Shown: positions 48,300-60,929 of the stretch, piece by piece | Position numbering within the stretch: position 1 is the stretch's first letter | Layout: each line of letters opens with the position of its first letter | DNA from: Vicugna vicugna | Lineage: Eukaryota | Assembly (NCBI GenBank): GCA_013265495.1 | Contig: MU057809.1 | Coordinates: 1,107,062-1,171,061 of the forward strand | Reading direction: 5' to 3' | Length of the DNA: 64,000 nt | The notes under the pieces: model-generated | What the model was told of the DNA's origin: nothing | Databases searched by the model: none | Seen by the model: the letters and a program-made list of their open reading frames with translations, nothing else | Position numbers and translations under genes: made by a program

Positions 48300-50180
48300 C
48301 TGTCCCGTCGTTGCGCAGGGTCACTACCATCCACCTTCCCAAACTCGGTCCCCGCTAACTTCCCGTTCCCCGCCCCCAGTAGCCGCCGCGTTCTTCCCTA
48401 GAATGTGCAAAACACCCACGACGAGGTGTCCCTCACGCCCGGCACAAACCAAACTACAAGACACAAACACAGACTACCTTCCCGGCGGAGCAAACCTGAG
48501 CCGGAGTGGCCCGGCCCCTGCCCCTCAGGTCGCCGCGGAACCTTGCAGGCCGGCCCCGCCCTCCAGCCTTCCCGCCCCGCCCCGCCCCACCGCCCTCAGG
48601 ACCCGCGCTCGCTCGCGTCGGGGGGCGGAGGCCCGCGCGGGCCGAACCACCGTGACCGTCAGAATGGGGAAAGGCGGAATTACAGCCGCCGCGGTGAGCT
48701 CGGGCGGAAGTGATCAAACCAACTACCATTCATTTTTGCCTTGCGCCAGGCAGTCGTTCCTCTACTACTCTCGGCCCTCTCTGACCCGTCGGGAGTTCCT
48801 TTTATACTTTGGAATCGCCCATTCTTTTGCCCAGTCAGTAGACGAGTCTAAAAGCCGCCATGTGAAGGGGGCTCTTAGTGACGTACGTTGGGCCGTTTGG
48901 TGAAAGGCTGAGATAGCGCAAGCAGTTGGTTGAACTGAGAGTTTTCCCTAGTATTAGTTTTTACGTAAACGGTGTTCCCGTGCACTTCCGTGGGCTGAGA
49001 TGGCTTCCGGTACCTCCCGCAGCGTCACAAATAGTCTGGTCCTTCACCGCAGGGCCCGACGGGAGGAGGGAGGGCGCGGCCGCCATATTGGACGGAACCA
49101 TCCGCCCCCTCAGGCGGGGTAGCCTGGCTGCCAAGCAGTTTATAGGGCCGCCGAAGCAAGTGCGGGGACTGGAGTCGAGCACGCACGTGTCCCGGGAGCG
49201 CTGTCGCGATCGCCGGAGGACGCCTGTCTGCGGAGAGAGCTCCTCCGGGCGCGCGGGGCGGCACAGGGGGTGGGCGCCCCCCCCACCCGCGTGGGCGCCC
49301 CGCCTCACGCACATGGCCCGGCGGTAGGCGCGCGGTGCGGCCTGGGAGAGTCGGAAGCGCGGCGAGGCCGGGCGAGGCGGCAGCGGCGGGCCATGCAGGA
49401 CGCGGAGAACGTGGCGGGGCCCGAGGCGGCCGAGCAGCGGGTCGAGCCCGGGCAGCAGCAGCCGGCCGCCGAGCCGCCCCCAGGGGAGGAGCCGGCACGG
49501 CCCGCGGGGCCAGGCGCGCAGGAGGCGGCGGGCGGCGAGGACGCGGTGGCGGAGGTGGAGGCCGGCTCGGGGCCTGACGTGCCGGCTGAGCCCGCGGCGG
49601 ACGGGGAGGAGAGGGCCGGCGGGTCCCCGCCGCCGCCCGAGGAGGCCCCGGCCGCAGGCGAGGCCCCCGCGGAGCAGGCGCGGGACTCAGCGGCCGAGGC
49701 CGGGTCCGAGGGGGCGGGCGGGGAGCCGGGCGGCGCGGCGGAGGACGGCGGCGCGGAGGAGCCCTCCTTCAGCGACCCCGAGGACTTCGTGGACGACGTG
49801 AGCGAGGAAGGTGAGGCGGCGGGGCCGGTCTGCGGCCAGGTTCCCGGTCCCCGGTCCTCCGCTTGTCGCCCCGCACGCGGGGAAGGCTGTTCGTGAACGC
49901 CCGGATCTCCGTCTTTCTTCCGAAAAAGGAGGGGTGGTGGAGACAACGTGGGCAGCCGGCCACTGGCCCTGCCGCCGGGAGTTTGGAGGGTGGGGAAGGC
50001 CGCCGGCCTGCTCGCAGGAGCCGGGGCCGAATGTGCAGCTGTGTGGCCGTTGCGGTCCAGCCAAGCAGGACACTGCACGTGCTGCGCGGACTCGGGTGAC
50101 AGTTCGCCGCGTGCGGTCTGGTGCCCCGAGTGACCAGACAGACCTATCGAAGGGCCGAAACCGACTCGGTGCCGACTCCT
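48300..50180 (+). promoter_or_regulatory. EIF3B CpG island/promoter
   Basis: CpG-dense across exon 1; GC boxes, ETS (CGGAAGT about 48705), YY1-like GCCGCCAT (about 48854 and 49078), CRE-like TGACGT (about 48879). Confidence 0.85.
49393..49810 (+). CDS. EIF3B: Translation initiation factor 3 subunit B, coding exon 1 (418 nt), acidic Ala/Pro/Glu-rich N-terminus
   Basis: gcc[12 protein letters not shown]...[18 protein letters not shown]; donor AAG|GTGAGG. Confidence 0.96.
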
Positions 50181-53100
50181 TAGGGGTGGATGGACGCTGA
50201 CCCTCGGGAGTGGGAAGAACAGGGTGGCAAAGCTGGGTCCATTTGCCTCTGCTGCCTCCGCGGGCGCGCCTGTTCCGGAGAGGTCCTCGGTGGGACAGTG
50301 CCTGGCGGACTCTGCCAGATTCCTGTTGCGCCTTTTTTCCTAGGTCTGTAGGCAGAGCACCGCCTTTCTGTTGGCAAGTAGTCTGCTCAGGTCGTAGCGC
50401 TGACTATAGCTTCCTTTATCTTCCTTTTCTGCCTTGGTTCCATTTACAGGCATTATTTCTGTTTTCTGTCCCAAGACGACTTCTGATGATGGCTGGTCTG
50501 ATTCATCTTCATTTACGTTTCGTTTTTAGCCATTTTAACTCTCCAGGCTGGGAACATATCGATGGATTCCTCTGCATATTGACCACGTTACAGAATAAAA
50601 CGGAAAAGTGAATAAAACACCACTGAAGTAGCCAATGAAACGCCAGGAAAATAAGATGTTACCATGTTAAAGTAGAAAGATTTCTTTTGAGATGTGTCTG
50701 GTCACCCTGAGATTGAGCGAGAATCATAAAGAATCTCACGTAAATTTGAAAAGAAAGTTTAAAGAACCGACATAGCGTTGTTGACTTTGAAGCATAACTT
50801 TGCTTACTTTAAACTTTCTGTCAAATGCCCTTATGTTTTTCTTTCCAGTTGTAGTAAGATAGAATTGACACCCAGCATGGTAGGAGTTTGGAGTGCACCG
50901 CATGATGCTATGATTTATTTGAAACGTAATTTTCAAGGACTGCCTGTTACTGTCACTGTTGTCTTATACTTTATTTCGGCTAGTGAGGTCTTGGGAGCCG
51001 CTGGCCCAGTCGAAGCCTGTCCCTCACAAGGAACTGTGCTCTTGTGGAGCGGGTTGCTGCCCCTGCGCCCAGCCTGTCCAGTGTTCTTTTTTACCACACC
51101 AGTTTTTCTTGCATTTTAAAATCTAAGTTTTGATTTTAAAGCCCATTTTGAGCCCTAGGGTTTTTTTTTTTAAGCATTATTTGAGCACACCTAATTTATA
51201 CGATTTCTAGCCCTTGAATTTCAGTGTGTGACGGAGGGTGCTGACGTGAGCCCGGGCCAGCCTGGCTAGGGGCTGCCGGGTGGGCCTCTGGGAGCCGTGG
51301 TGATCCTCCTGTTTTGCCAGATTGATCTGTGAGGCTTCTGGCCTTAAGGAACTAAAACTGAGCAAGTAGTCAGTTTTCTTGAGACCAGTTGGTTATGGTC
51401 AGTAGCTCACATACGTTTTGTGTTTCATGAGAACTGCCCTGTAGGGTCAGAGTGATGCACAAGGTACGGATTCTTCTGAAAATGGACGAGCCTCCCGGCG
51501 AGCCCTCTCCTAGGTACCTTTGTCTTGCCTCCTTCCCCTTTGAGACAGATGAGCTGTTGCACAGTTGCATCGTCATCACAGTCATCTCTTCAGTTTAACT
51601 TTCCTGCTGCCTCTGGTGCTCGGCCGAGCAAATATCCGATAAAGATTTTAGCTTGTGTCTCCTTTGCTACTTAGTCTTGAGAATTGCTTCCATTTCTCCT
51701 GGAGTCAGACTGGGAATCTGTGAGCCAAGAGTAACCAGATGCGTGGGCTGCTGGCAGCGAAGGGACTGTTTCTTCATCGTGCACTTAAGTTTATCCCCTT
51801 GCTGTGTATGGGTGGGTTCTCACAAACCAGGCGCCTCAAGACTGTGGGAAGGAGTCGACAGTTTGTGTAAAAGTTAGCTTTTTATTGCAAACCTTGTAAA
51901 TTCAGATCAGGCTTAACAGGCCATGTAATTGCATGGTAAGTCAGCTTTAAAAGTAACCCAAGGATTTGACTCCAGTCTGCGGGAAGATGCTGTGACTCTG
52001 ATTTGCGTCGTTCCTTCTTCCCTCTTTGTTTGGTCTCAGCTTTAGCTTCATTGAAATTTAAGCAGCAGTTCTTTTACATGAAGTGACATTTTCAGTATAG
52101 TTCCAGGTGTTGAAGTTATTTAGAGAGAGTTTATATCAGGGCTTGCCTCTTGAAATTAAAGGGCTTTTTTTCTTTTTGAAAGACGTTTTTAACACGGAAC
52201 ATTTTGACACAAAAGTGGAGAAAACTCATGGTAACTTTTGAAAATGAGATACAACAAAGTATATTTTCAGACATGTGTCCTATGTAGTATGTTGACATAC
52301 TTAAAAGGGTGGAACACAGAAATCACAGTGATAATTAGGTTCTGGAACACATAGACACAGGAGTAACAAGCCACGTTCTTCAGCTGTTGTTTAAAAATTA
52401 CCTTGTGCTGCCATTTGACCGTACAGATGGTCCCCGGATTGCGACGGTTTGAATTAGGATGCTGTGTAAATAGTTTACCAAGAAGTGACCCTGTCGTGGG
52501 TCGAGGAGACTCTGTACCCACGTTGTTTCACCTGACAAGTGTGCTTTGATGGCAGCTTTAAAACATGTCTTTCTGTTCTGGCTCCTGACACAGTACCTTG
52601 TAATTTTACAGCTTTCTAGACAAGGTGGCTAACTCATTGTGCTTAGGATTTATACAGAACTTATAATGAAAGGTAGGATTTGCTTTTTTCATCTGATGCT
52701 CCATTTGCCCTCCGAGTCCAGCAGCCGGTCGGGCACTTGTGTTGGTGCTGGAGCCTTGTGGTCCAGGGCTCGAGACCGGGGATGGGCCTCAGGTGAGACG
52801 GCGCAGGCAGCACCCCACTGGCGTCCCGGACCCGTTTGCCTTGATTCCTCTTGTGTTTCTCTCCTCTTTCTCTCACTCTAGCTGACCCTTTCATGGAAAT
52901 GAAGCAGTTCTAAGAAATTTGAGCACTTTAGTTTTGAGGAGGTGACATGAACCTAAAACATTTTGAACTTTTAAAATTATGGAAATAATAGTTGGCATTG
53001 CTCCCTGTGTTCCAAGCACGTCCTAAGCGTTTACAGTGTCGTGTCTAAATGGCTGCTGTCTCCCAGTGACTCTGCGAGCTGCTCCATCGAATTGGGACAG

Positions 53101-53659
53101 TCAGGTGTAGGGTGCATCGTGATTTGCACACGTTCGTGAGCTTCTGTACTCGCTGGTCGCCTAGTTTAAGTGTCAGCCTCAGTCCTGTGCTGTCTTCAAG
53201 CAAGACTGTTTTACGTAAAGAATGTTGGATGAGTTTGTTTTGTTATAAACTGAAGAAAGTGCCTGTGGTGAGTTTGTAGTAGAGATGGGTCAGAGAAGGT
53301 TCGCCACAGGCATCCCTACTTTGGGTTTTTCTGATTCCTGGTGAGAGGCCATGGTCTTTGTTTGCATTTTTCATTATTAAGCCCTTTTTGAAAAGTTCAT
53401 TTAAAATATTCCATTATTGCCAGAAATCAGACAACATATCTTGATTGTCAAAGGGAGTGTGAACAGTTAAAATCTTCCTAATTCTTGCAAGTTTTAATTT
53501 TGAGTCAAGTCAGGGCTGTGATTTCTTTCATTTACAGCAAAAGCATTTAGAGTCTTCACTTTTTGCCTCTTGGAAATTTGTTTAGTGTGCTAATAAGCTA
53601 GTGTATGAACATTCTATATGATCAAAAAAAGTCATTTGACAAATCTTTCCCTTGTGCAG

Positions 53660-53852
53660 AATTACTGGGCGATATACTCAAAGACCGGCCCCAGGAGGCA
53701 GATGGAATCGACTCGGTGATCGTGGTCGACAACGTTCCTCAGGTGGGACCTGACCGTCTGGAGAAACTCAAAAACGTCATCCATAAGATCTTTTCCAAGT
53801 TTGGGAAAATCACAAATGATTTTTACCCAGAGGAGGACGGAAGGACGAAAGG
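53660..53852 (+). CDS. EIF3B: EIF3B exon 2 (193 nt), RRM
   Basis: [65 protein letters not shown]; tgcag| and |gtgagt. Confidence 0.97.
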
Positions 53853-55321
53853 GTGAGTGCTGCTCTCCGGCACTGCGGTGTCGTCTGTGTTCTTCGGGGG
53901 GTCAGACCCGGGGGAGGGGGTCGCCGCGTGTTGAGGAACTCACCGTGAATGCGTGAGTGGGGCCTCGCTCCTTTATTCAGGCAGCCCCCAGCTGGCAGCT
54001 CTGCGCAGCAGTGATTTGTCCTTGGGGGTCATCAGACGGAGGGAGAAGGAAATGGAAGTGGTTCTTGAGTTCGTGCTGCTAGACTCTTAAGCAGTCATAG
54101 CTTCGCGTCTGTCATCGCACAGTGATTGATGCCAGGTACATCCTGGGGAAAGTGGCCGACCGCTCTGGAAGTTGGTGGGATGTCAGGGAAATTTGACAGG
54201 GTATTTTTGTTTTTATTGTAAGATATGCTTCCCCCCTGCATTTTAACATCTCTGAAATGGGGATCCTTCTTACAGTCCAGGGAGAAGCATTGTGTCATTG
54301 CTTAGCAATTTTTTTGTGTGGTGTTGCCTAAAATACTGCATCTTTTAAACATGGTAGTTTAAGGTGTGTGGCCTCAGTTTGCTCTTCGAATTCAGCGTGA
54401 GGTTGTGCGTGTTGGTAAATGTAGTTCTGGTTCCTTCCTTGTCAGTGCTGTGGTGTTCTGTCCTATCGTGTGACAGTTTGTCCTATCGATTAACAGTAGC
54501 GGTTTGAACAGCAGGTGTGAGCAGCCTCACGCCTGTCCCCCTCTGAGCACTGTGGGCGTGGGGTTGCAGGGAGTGCTGTCCACGGCGGGGCCGCATCATG
54601 CCCACCGGTCGTTACCAGTTTACACCCGACCAGCAGTGACGGAAGTTCTCTGCTTCTGCGTAGGCTTGTCGGGCTTCGTCCGCTAAAATTTCACGTACGC
54701 CTCGCCCCTGACACAGGCAGAGCCGTCTTCCGTGGGACAGGGATGAGAAGGCGGCACAAACTCTGTTTTTTCAATTTCAGGTTTTGGAAACTGCCTAGAA
54801 TGTTTCAGTTTCAGTTTCTTAAAAAAAATTATCGTCTGCAGGTAGTGCTCCCTACGCTCCTATTTGAGGACCAGGGTGGAAGGGAGCCTCTTTGTGAGCG
54901 GCTGCTTGTGGCTCTGTTGTTCTGATGAGCCTGTGTGACTTCGCCTGTAATGCACAACGTTAGACTCTGTTGTTTAAGCAGCTTTGTTGAAAGATGCGTG
55001 CCGCACAGCAACTCGGGCGGGTTTGAAGCGCGCAGGTCAGAAGCGTGGGTGCTGTCTGCACCCGTGGAACTGCTGCGCGGTCGGGGCGGGGAACGTCTGG
55101 TTGGTTAGCGTCTCTGTGGCTCCCGACTATGGAGCTAGACTTGGGCTCTGCTGGTAGGACTTCGTTCATGTTCAGAACTGCTCTGCCAGGGGTTAGACCG
55201 CCGCGGGTGCGTGCTGGTGAGACAGGTGCGGATGCCCACAGTGCATGTGGGCCCTGTGGGGGTTCTGGGTGCACTGAGCGTGACCTGCCTCGCCTGCAAG
55301 TTGCCCTCTTTATGGATTCAG

Positions 55322-55441
55322 GTATATTTTCCTGGAATACGCGTCTCCTGCCCACGCTTTGGACGCTGTGAAGAATGCGGACGGCTACAAGCTGGACAAG
55401 CAGCACACGTTCAGAGTCAACCTCTTTACCGATTTTGACAA
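55322..55441 (+). CDS. EIF3B: EIF3B exon 3 (120 nt), RRM
   Basis: [40 protein letters not shown]; ttcag| and |gtgagt. Confidence 0.96.
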
Positions 55442-55766
55442 GTGAGTCCTTCCTGGTTCAGAGGACCTGGACGTCGTCCTGGACGTGAACTGCCAGGCAC
55501 TTCTGCCCGGGGCGGGGCGGTGGGGGGGTGCTGGTCGCCTTCCAGGTGACTGCATTCTCCCATCAGGTCCCTGCCCCTCGCACCCCTGGCCAGCAGCACG
55601 CCTCCCCACCAGCATCCTCCCACTGGTTAGGAACAGTCAAGGCCTTGTGCTCTTCCCCGAGGAGGGGAGTGGTGCGGTGCGGCCTGATTGAGAACCGCCA
55701 GTGTCGGTCGCACTCTGGCCACCCACCCCTTGTTCTGATCATCCTTGTGTGTCCCTGCTCTTCCAG

Positions 55767-55824
55767 GTACATGACGATCAGTGACGAGTGGGATATTCCA
55801 GAGAAACAGCCGTTCAAAGACCTG
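55767..55824 (+). CDS. EIF3B: EIF3B exon 4 (58 nt)
   Basis: YMTISDEWDIPEKQPFKDL; ttccag| and |gtatgt. Confidence 0.96.
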
Positions 55825-56016
55825 GTATGTTGCTATGCAGCCTGTAAGTGGTCGTAAGGAACGCTGTGTTGCCGCCTGGCTTGAAGTGGTGGATCCTCAG
55901 GCGCTAGAGATGCTGGCGGGTTGGGCTCGTCTCTGAGCGCAGTCCTTGTGAGCAACTGCTTTTCGGTTAAAGTTCATGAGATGTGTGAGACCTCTTGCCT
56001 TTGGTTCTTTTTCTAG

Positions 56017-56145
56017 GGAAACCTCCGCTACTGGCTTGAAGAGGCCGAGTGCCGGGATCAGTACAGCGTGATTTTTGAGAGTGGGGACCGCACCTCCATA
56101 TTCTGGAATGACGTGAAGGACCCTGTCTCTATTGAGGAGAGAGCG
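56017..56145 (+). CDS. EIF3B: EIF3B exon 5 (129 nt)
   Basis: [43 protein letters not shown]; ttctag| and |gtgcgt. Confidence 0.96.
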
Positions 56146-56371
56146 GTGCGTCCTACCCTGTCTTCCCGCAGCGCAGGGGGACTTGCATGGCAGCGGGGAT
56201 GTGCCCTGTCCTTTGAGATCACATCTCTCAGAAAAGCGTTGAAACGAGCCCTGAGAAGCGACCAGGCTGCCTTTGTTTTTAAGAGTTAAGAGTTTGGGGA
56301 GGAGGGTCCTCGTGGGTGATGGGAGTCTTTGCACTTGGCCTCTGTGTTACCGTTGGTGCTCTTTTCCACAG

Positions 56372-56529
56372 AGATGGACAGAGACGTACGTGCGTTGGTC
56401 TCCTAAGGGCACCTACCTGGCAACCTTTCATCAGCGAGGCATTGCTCTCTGGGGGGGAGAGAAATTCAAACAGATTCAGAGATTCAGCCACCAAGGAGTT
56501 CAGCTTATTGACTTCTCACCTTGTGAAAG
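56372..56529 (+). CDS. EIF3B: EIF3B exon 6 (158 nt), beta-propeller
   Basis: [53 protein letters not shown]; cacag| and |gtaagc. Confidence 0.97.
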
Positions 56530-59109
56530 GTAAGCTGTCAGAAAACTGCCGACGGAGTCGTGCCAGCCCTCAACACATAATTGTTTAAAAGTTTACTTTG
56601 CAGTGATTTCAAACATAATAGAAACATGGCAGAAAGAGTACAGAGGATTCCCGTGCACCCTTTTATCGAGATTCTCCAGTTACTGTGTTCATGTGTTTGC
56701 TCTCTCGTTTCCCTCACTTCCCGTCTGCACGTGTGTGTACGCGGCTTTGTTCCTGAGCTGTCTGGGAGGGGGTTGAAGGATCGTGTCCCTTTACACCAGG
56801 TGTGCGTTTCCCAGGGACAGACGTTCTCTCGCACAACCACGCTGCAGTTATTAATCAGGAAGTTTAACATTAAGACTTTATTTAAAAACTGCCAGGTTCC
56901 AGTTTTGTCACTTGATCCAGTGATGTGCTTTGTACAATTTTTTTCCCCTCCAGTTCAGGGTGTCATCCAAGGTCGTGTATTTTGTGGCCAATTTCTCATG
57001 ACTGAGTTTCTCACGTGTGAGATAGTCCGTGTAGCAAAGCTCCACGTGAGAGGGTGGAATGGGAGCTTGGGCGCCGTGCTGCCCGCGGCTGGTCTTCCGT
57101 CCTGTGGGGACATCCGATACTCACTATCCAGATTTAGTGATTTTTGCTGTATTTGCTTCACGTTGTTTCGAGTGTCCTGAAGTAAATGTAGACAGCTTGA
57201 CCGAAGTCTGCACTGCTATGGAGCAAAGGTGTTCTCTGTCTTCGCTGTCTCTCATTGCACCTGACAACGCTGGGAGAAGCTCCTCAGTGTCATCTGGTTT
57301 TGAAACATACTCAGGTTTCCCCACTTGTCCCCAGATAGCTCTCGCTTGTGGCTGGCTTGTTCGTACCTGGGTCCAGCTGGGTGTACGTGTGCTTAGTCCG
57401 TGTCTTGAACAGCACACCCTCTCTTTGTTTCTTGTTTTCACACTGGCTTCTTGTGGGGGTGGGACCAGATGGCCCCTGGGTTTGTCTGACTGCTTCCTCG
57501 GGACCTTGTTTCCCTTGTCTCCCTGGGCCTCGCACTTACTGCAGATGGCAGGTTTTACCTGAAGGCACTTCTCAGCTTTGATAAAGTCGTTCTCATGCAC
57601 CGTGTCCGTGGAGTACCCATTGGTTTGCAGCCCCTCTGCACGTGCTTGGTGTAGAGTGCCCGCTGGCTCTCACTGCAGCGGCGGTGCGTCAGAACAGGGT
57701 CCACACAGACTGCTGGTCTCTGTGCCAAGGTGACGTGCAGGGGCAGGAAGCTTCCTCCATCTCCTCTCCTCCTCCCGCCCTTCCTCAGTCCCCCAGCAGT
57801 TCTGCGTCCCCAGAGATGGCTTTACGTTGCCGGTCTTCCCACGTTAAGCTGTGACTGTCGGCACACCGCCTGCCCACGCGGGGACGGCCGGACCGCTGGG
57901 GCCTGGCGCTCTGCCCAGTAGCTCCCACATGAGCCACGTTGAGTGAACTGATGAGTGGTGAGTGCGTGCTTTTGCTCATAGAGGTTACAGCTTGAACAGT
58001 CTGTTCCTGTGAGCTTGATCAGTTTCTGTGGTTCCAGGGTGGTCCTGTTCTGAGTCCTTTTCAGGTGTGTGGCCTGGGCCCGAGTGGGGAGTTTAGTAAC
58101 TTGTGGGAGGTGGTGACTCGAGCCAGCACCGTTAATCTGGGGAGTCAGGAGGGCACAGCCCCGGGAGGAGGAGGAGGCGCCGAGCCCCTCGCGGGGCTGC
58201 TCCCCGCTCCCCCTCACTGTGCTTGTTTCCGCCTCGTGTGGCTCCCGCTCTCCTGGGAGAGCTGTCTGGTTTGGGTGGTTAGACTTTGTCGGCAGAGGGG
58301 ACGGTGCCGTGGGGCAGATGAGCCGGTGTTCGGGGAAACAGTGGCTGGGAGGTGCCCCGGGCCAGCAGCTCCGAGTCAGTCGTGTCCTGGGTCTGCACCT
58401 GCGGACTCAGCCAACTGCAGGATGCAGGGAGCTAAAAAGTTTTCAGATAGTTTTAAAAGCTGGAATTCACCGCGTTGTGGCAGCTATTTACATAGTTTCA
58501 CGTTGTTTTCGGAACTATTTACACAGCATTTCCACAGTGTTCGGCATTGCAGGTGATCCAGAGGCCATGTAAAGCCTGTGGGAAGGCGTCCTGCCTAAGG
58601 GCCGTGCTGTCCACCGCGGGGTCCTGGAGCCAGACCCCTGCCCGTGCTGCAGTGGCCCTCGGTTCTCTTCTCGTCTTCCTTAAACCGCAAGGAAGAGCGG
58701 GAATCCCACGCTGCGCCCACCAGCACGCACAGCAGACTTTTGTTTGGAATCTGTTGGGTCATTCCTTGTCCTGGTTTTAGCAGAAACGTCTTCAAGTGGC
58801 CCTCGGAGTGCCCTGGTGCCGAGCGTGACCCGGTGGTTCATGCGGGCGGCCCTGCTCCATGTTTCGGGCAGGGTCTCCGGGCGGGAGCCTCGTCAGGAGC
58901 CTGGGGTTTGGGGGCCAGTGCCAGTTGCGTGAGTCTCAACTGTTTGCTCTGGCGGCTGTCCTGTGCCGGGAGCCGCCTGGGAGCAGAGGCCTGGCTTGGC
59001 TACCGCGGCCTGGGCGCGGGTCCTCCCAGTACCCGCACGCACAGCTGTGCGCCTCACTGAGAGTAGGTGGGAGAGCGCGGGAGGTGACTGGGTGTCTCCT
59101 CTGTTGCAG

Positions 59110-59241
59110 GTACCTGGTGACCTTTAGCCCCCTGATGGACACTCAGGACGACCCTCAGGCCATCATCGTCTGGGACATCCTTACCGGGCAGAAAAAGAGG
59201 GGTTTTCACTGTGAAAGCTCCGCCCACTGGCCTATCTTCAA
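59110..59241 (+). CDS. EIF3B: EIF3B exon 7 (132 nt)
   Basis: [44 protein letters not shown]; tgcag| and |gtaagt. Confidence 0.97.
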
Positions 59242-59327
59242 GTAAGTGGGCCTGCAGTGGCTGGCGGTGACCTTTGTGGCCTTTTTTTCATTGGTGAGCC
59301 TGGCACTTCTTTTCTGTTTCTTCTTAG

Positions 59328-59394
59328 GTGGAGCCATGATGGTAAATTCTTCGCCAGGATGACGCTTGACACTCTCAGTATCTATGAAACTCCT
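59328..59394 (+). CDS. EIF3B: EIF3B exon 8 (67 nt)
   Basis: [22 protein letters not shown]; tcttag| and |gtaagt; follows an 86-nt intron. Confidence 0.95.
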
Positions 59395-59759
59395 GTAAGT
59401 GACCTGGGTGTCTAAACCGCCTGCCCCGTCCTGCTCGTCGGCTTCGGTAGCTGCTCGAGGGTGCAGTGCTTTCCCCTAGCTTGGGGTGCGGCCACGGGGA
59501 GAGGGTGGCCCTGTGCCTCGTGTCCTGGATTCGGGGCTGTGACCTGCCAGCTCCCACTTCTGTTCTGGGGGGGTCAGGCTGGGGGTTAATGAACGGGCTG
59601 AGGAAATGTGTGTTTGCTGCTGTGGGCAAATTGTTTCATGGTTCACCTGTCACCTTCTGCTCACACTGCTCCCTCAGTGAGCTCACGCTGTGAAAAACTG
59701 TGTGCACCTTTGAGACGGTGGTGGGATTTGACTCATTTGTAGCCTCGTTTTCCCCACAG

Positions 59760-59806
59760 TCTATGGGTCTTTTGGACAAGAAGAGCCTGAAGATCTCCGG
59801 CATAAA
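59760..59806 (+). CDS. EIF3B: EIF3B exon 9 (47 nt)
   Basis: SMGLLDKKSLKISGIK; cacag| and |gtgagt. Confidence 0.95.
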
Positions 59807-60718
59807 GTGAGTAAGCCTCCTTCACCTGGGTTTTGTCTGACTCCCTCCTCGAGCACTTGGCTCCTGCACAGCTAGAGAAGGTGCTGGTGCCTGTCACTCC
59901 GAACACGGGGATGTCACAGCAGGCTCGTGCGGCCACCCCCGGGCCGCTGGCTGTGGCCCATGCACACCCCCTGCCGCCCCCCCACGCAGGGACATCCTGA
60001 GGGTCTACCCCCTCCTGTGTCCCCGCCTTGGAACAGAGACTCGGGTGCAGTCTTTGAGGAGAGGGGTCTCCACTTAGTTGGAAGGTCCTTATGCCATTCG
60101 TGGTCCCTGCCGTGGGGTCTGCTTGGCCTCAGTGAACTGCGGCTGGTTTTCTCTGTCAGAGAGCAGACACGTAATATTTTCCTGGAGTCTGGGGGCAGTG
60201 AAGAACCAGCAGGGCAAGGCCGCTCATGGTTCTTGTTTTTATTTTTACATTGACATTGTGCAAAATGATGGCTTATATTTAGAAATAAAACCAGGAGTTA
60301 ATTCTCAATAAATGTAAAAGTAAAGATACTCTTCGCAGATAGGGATTCATGCTTGTTCATTATAGCACTTTTTAGAGTAATCTCCACAGTAGAGAGAATT
60401 GCCCTAATGCTTAATTTTCTTAAGCTTTTTGATTTGAGGATTTCCCCCTTTAGCACCTTCATGAATCTTCAGAAATCACGTAGCTGGGTCCATCAGCCAT
60501 AGATTTACTTTATTTGCCTTGTGGTTAAGTGTGAGTGGGGTGTCGGAGCCTGGGGCCCCCGCGTGGCCGTGGGTGGGGCTGTCCACCCTGGGGCGGCCGC
60601 TGCGGGCGAGCGCGCCAGGGCAGAGCTTTACACGAAGTGCTCTCTGTTCTCTGCGCCTGCCAGTTGTCTTCACGTAGCCCGTCCTTGTAATAAACACTTT
60701 ATTTTCTTTGTTCTGCAG

Positions 60719-60929
60719 AGACTTTTCTTGGTCTCCCGGTGGTAACATAATAGCGTTCTGGGTGCCTGAAGATAAGGATATACCAGCCAGGGTGACGCTG
60801 ATGCAGCTTCCTACCAGACAGGAGATCAGAGTCAGGAATCTCTTCAACGTGGTGGATTGCAAGCTACACTGGCAGAAAAATGGAGACTACCTGTGTGTGA
60901 AAGTAGACAGGACACCAAAAGGCACCCAG
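60719..60929 (+). CDS. EIF3B: EIF3B exon 10 (211 nt)
   Basis: [70 protein letters not shown]; ctgcag| and |gtaagt. Confidence 0.97.

Noticed and set aside
59242..59327. 86-nt EIF3B intron 7 as a mirtron
   Set aside because: No convincing end-to-end hairpin by eye.
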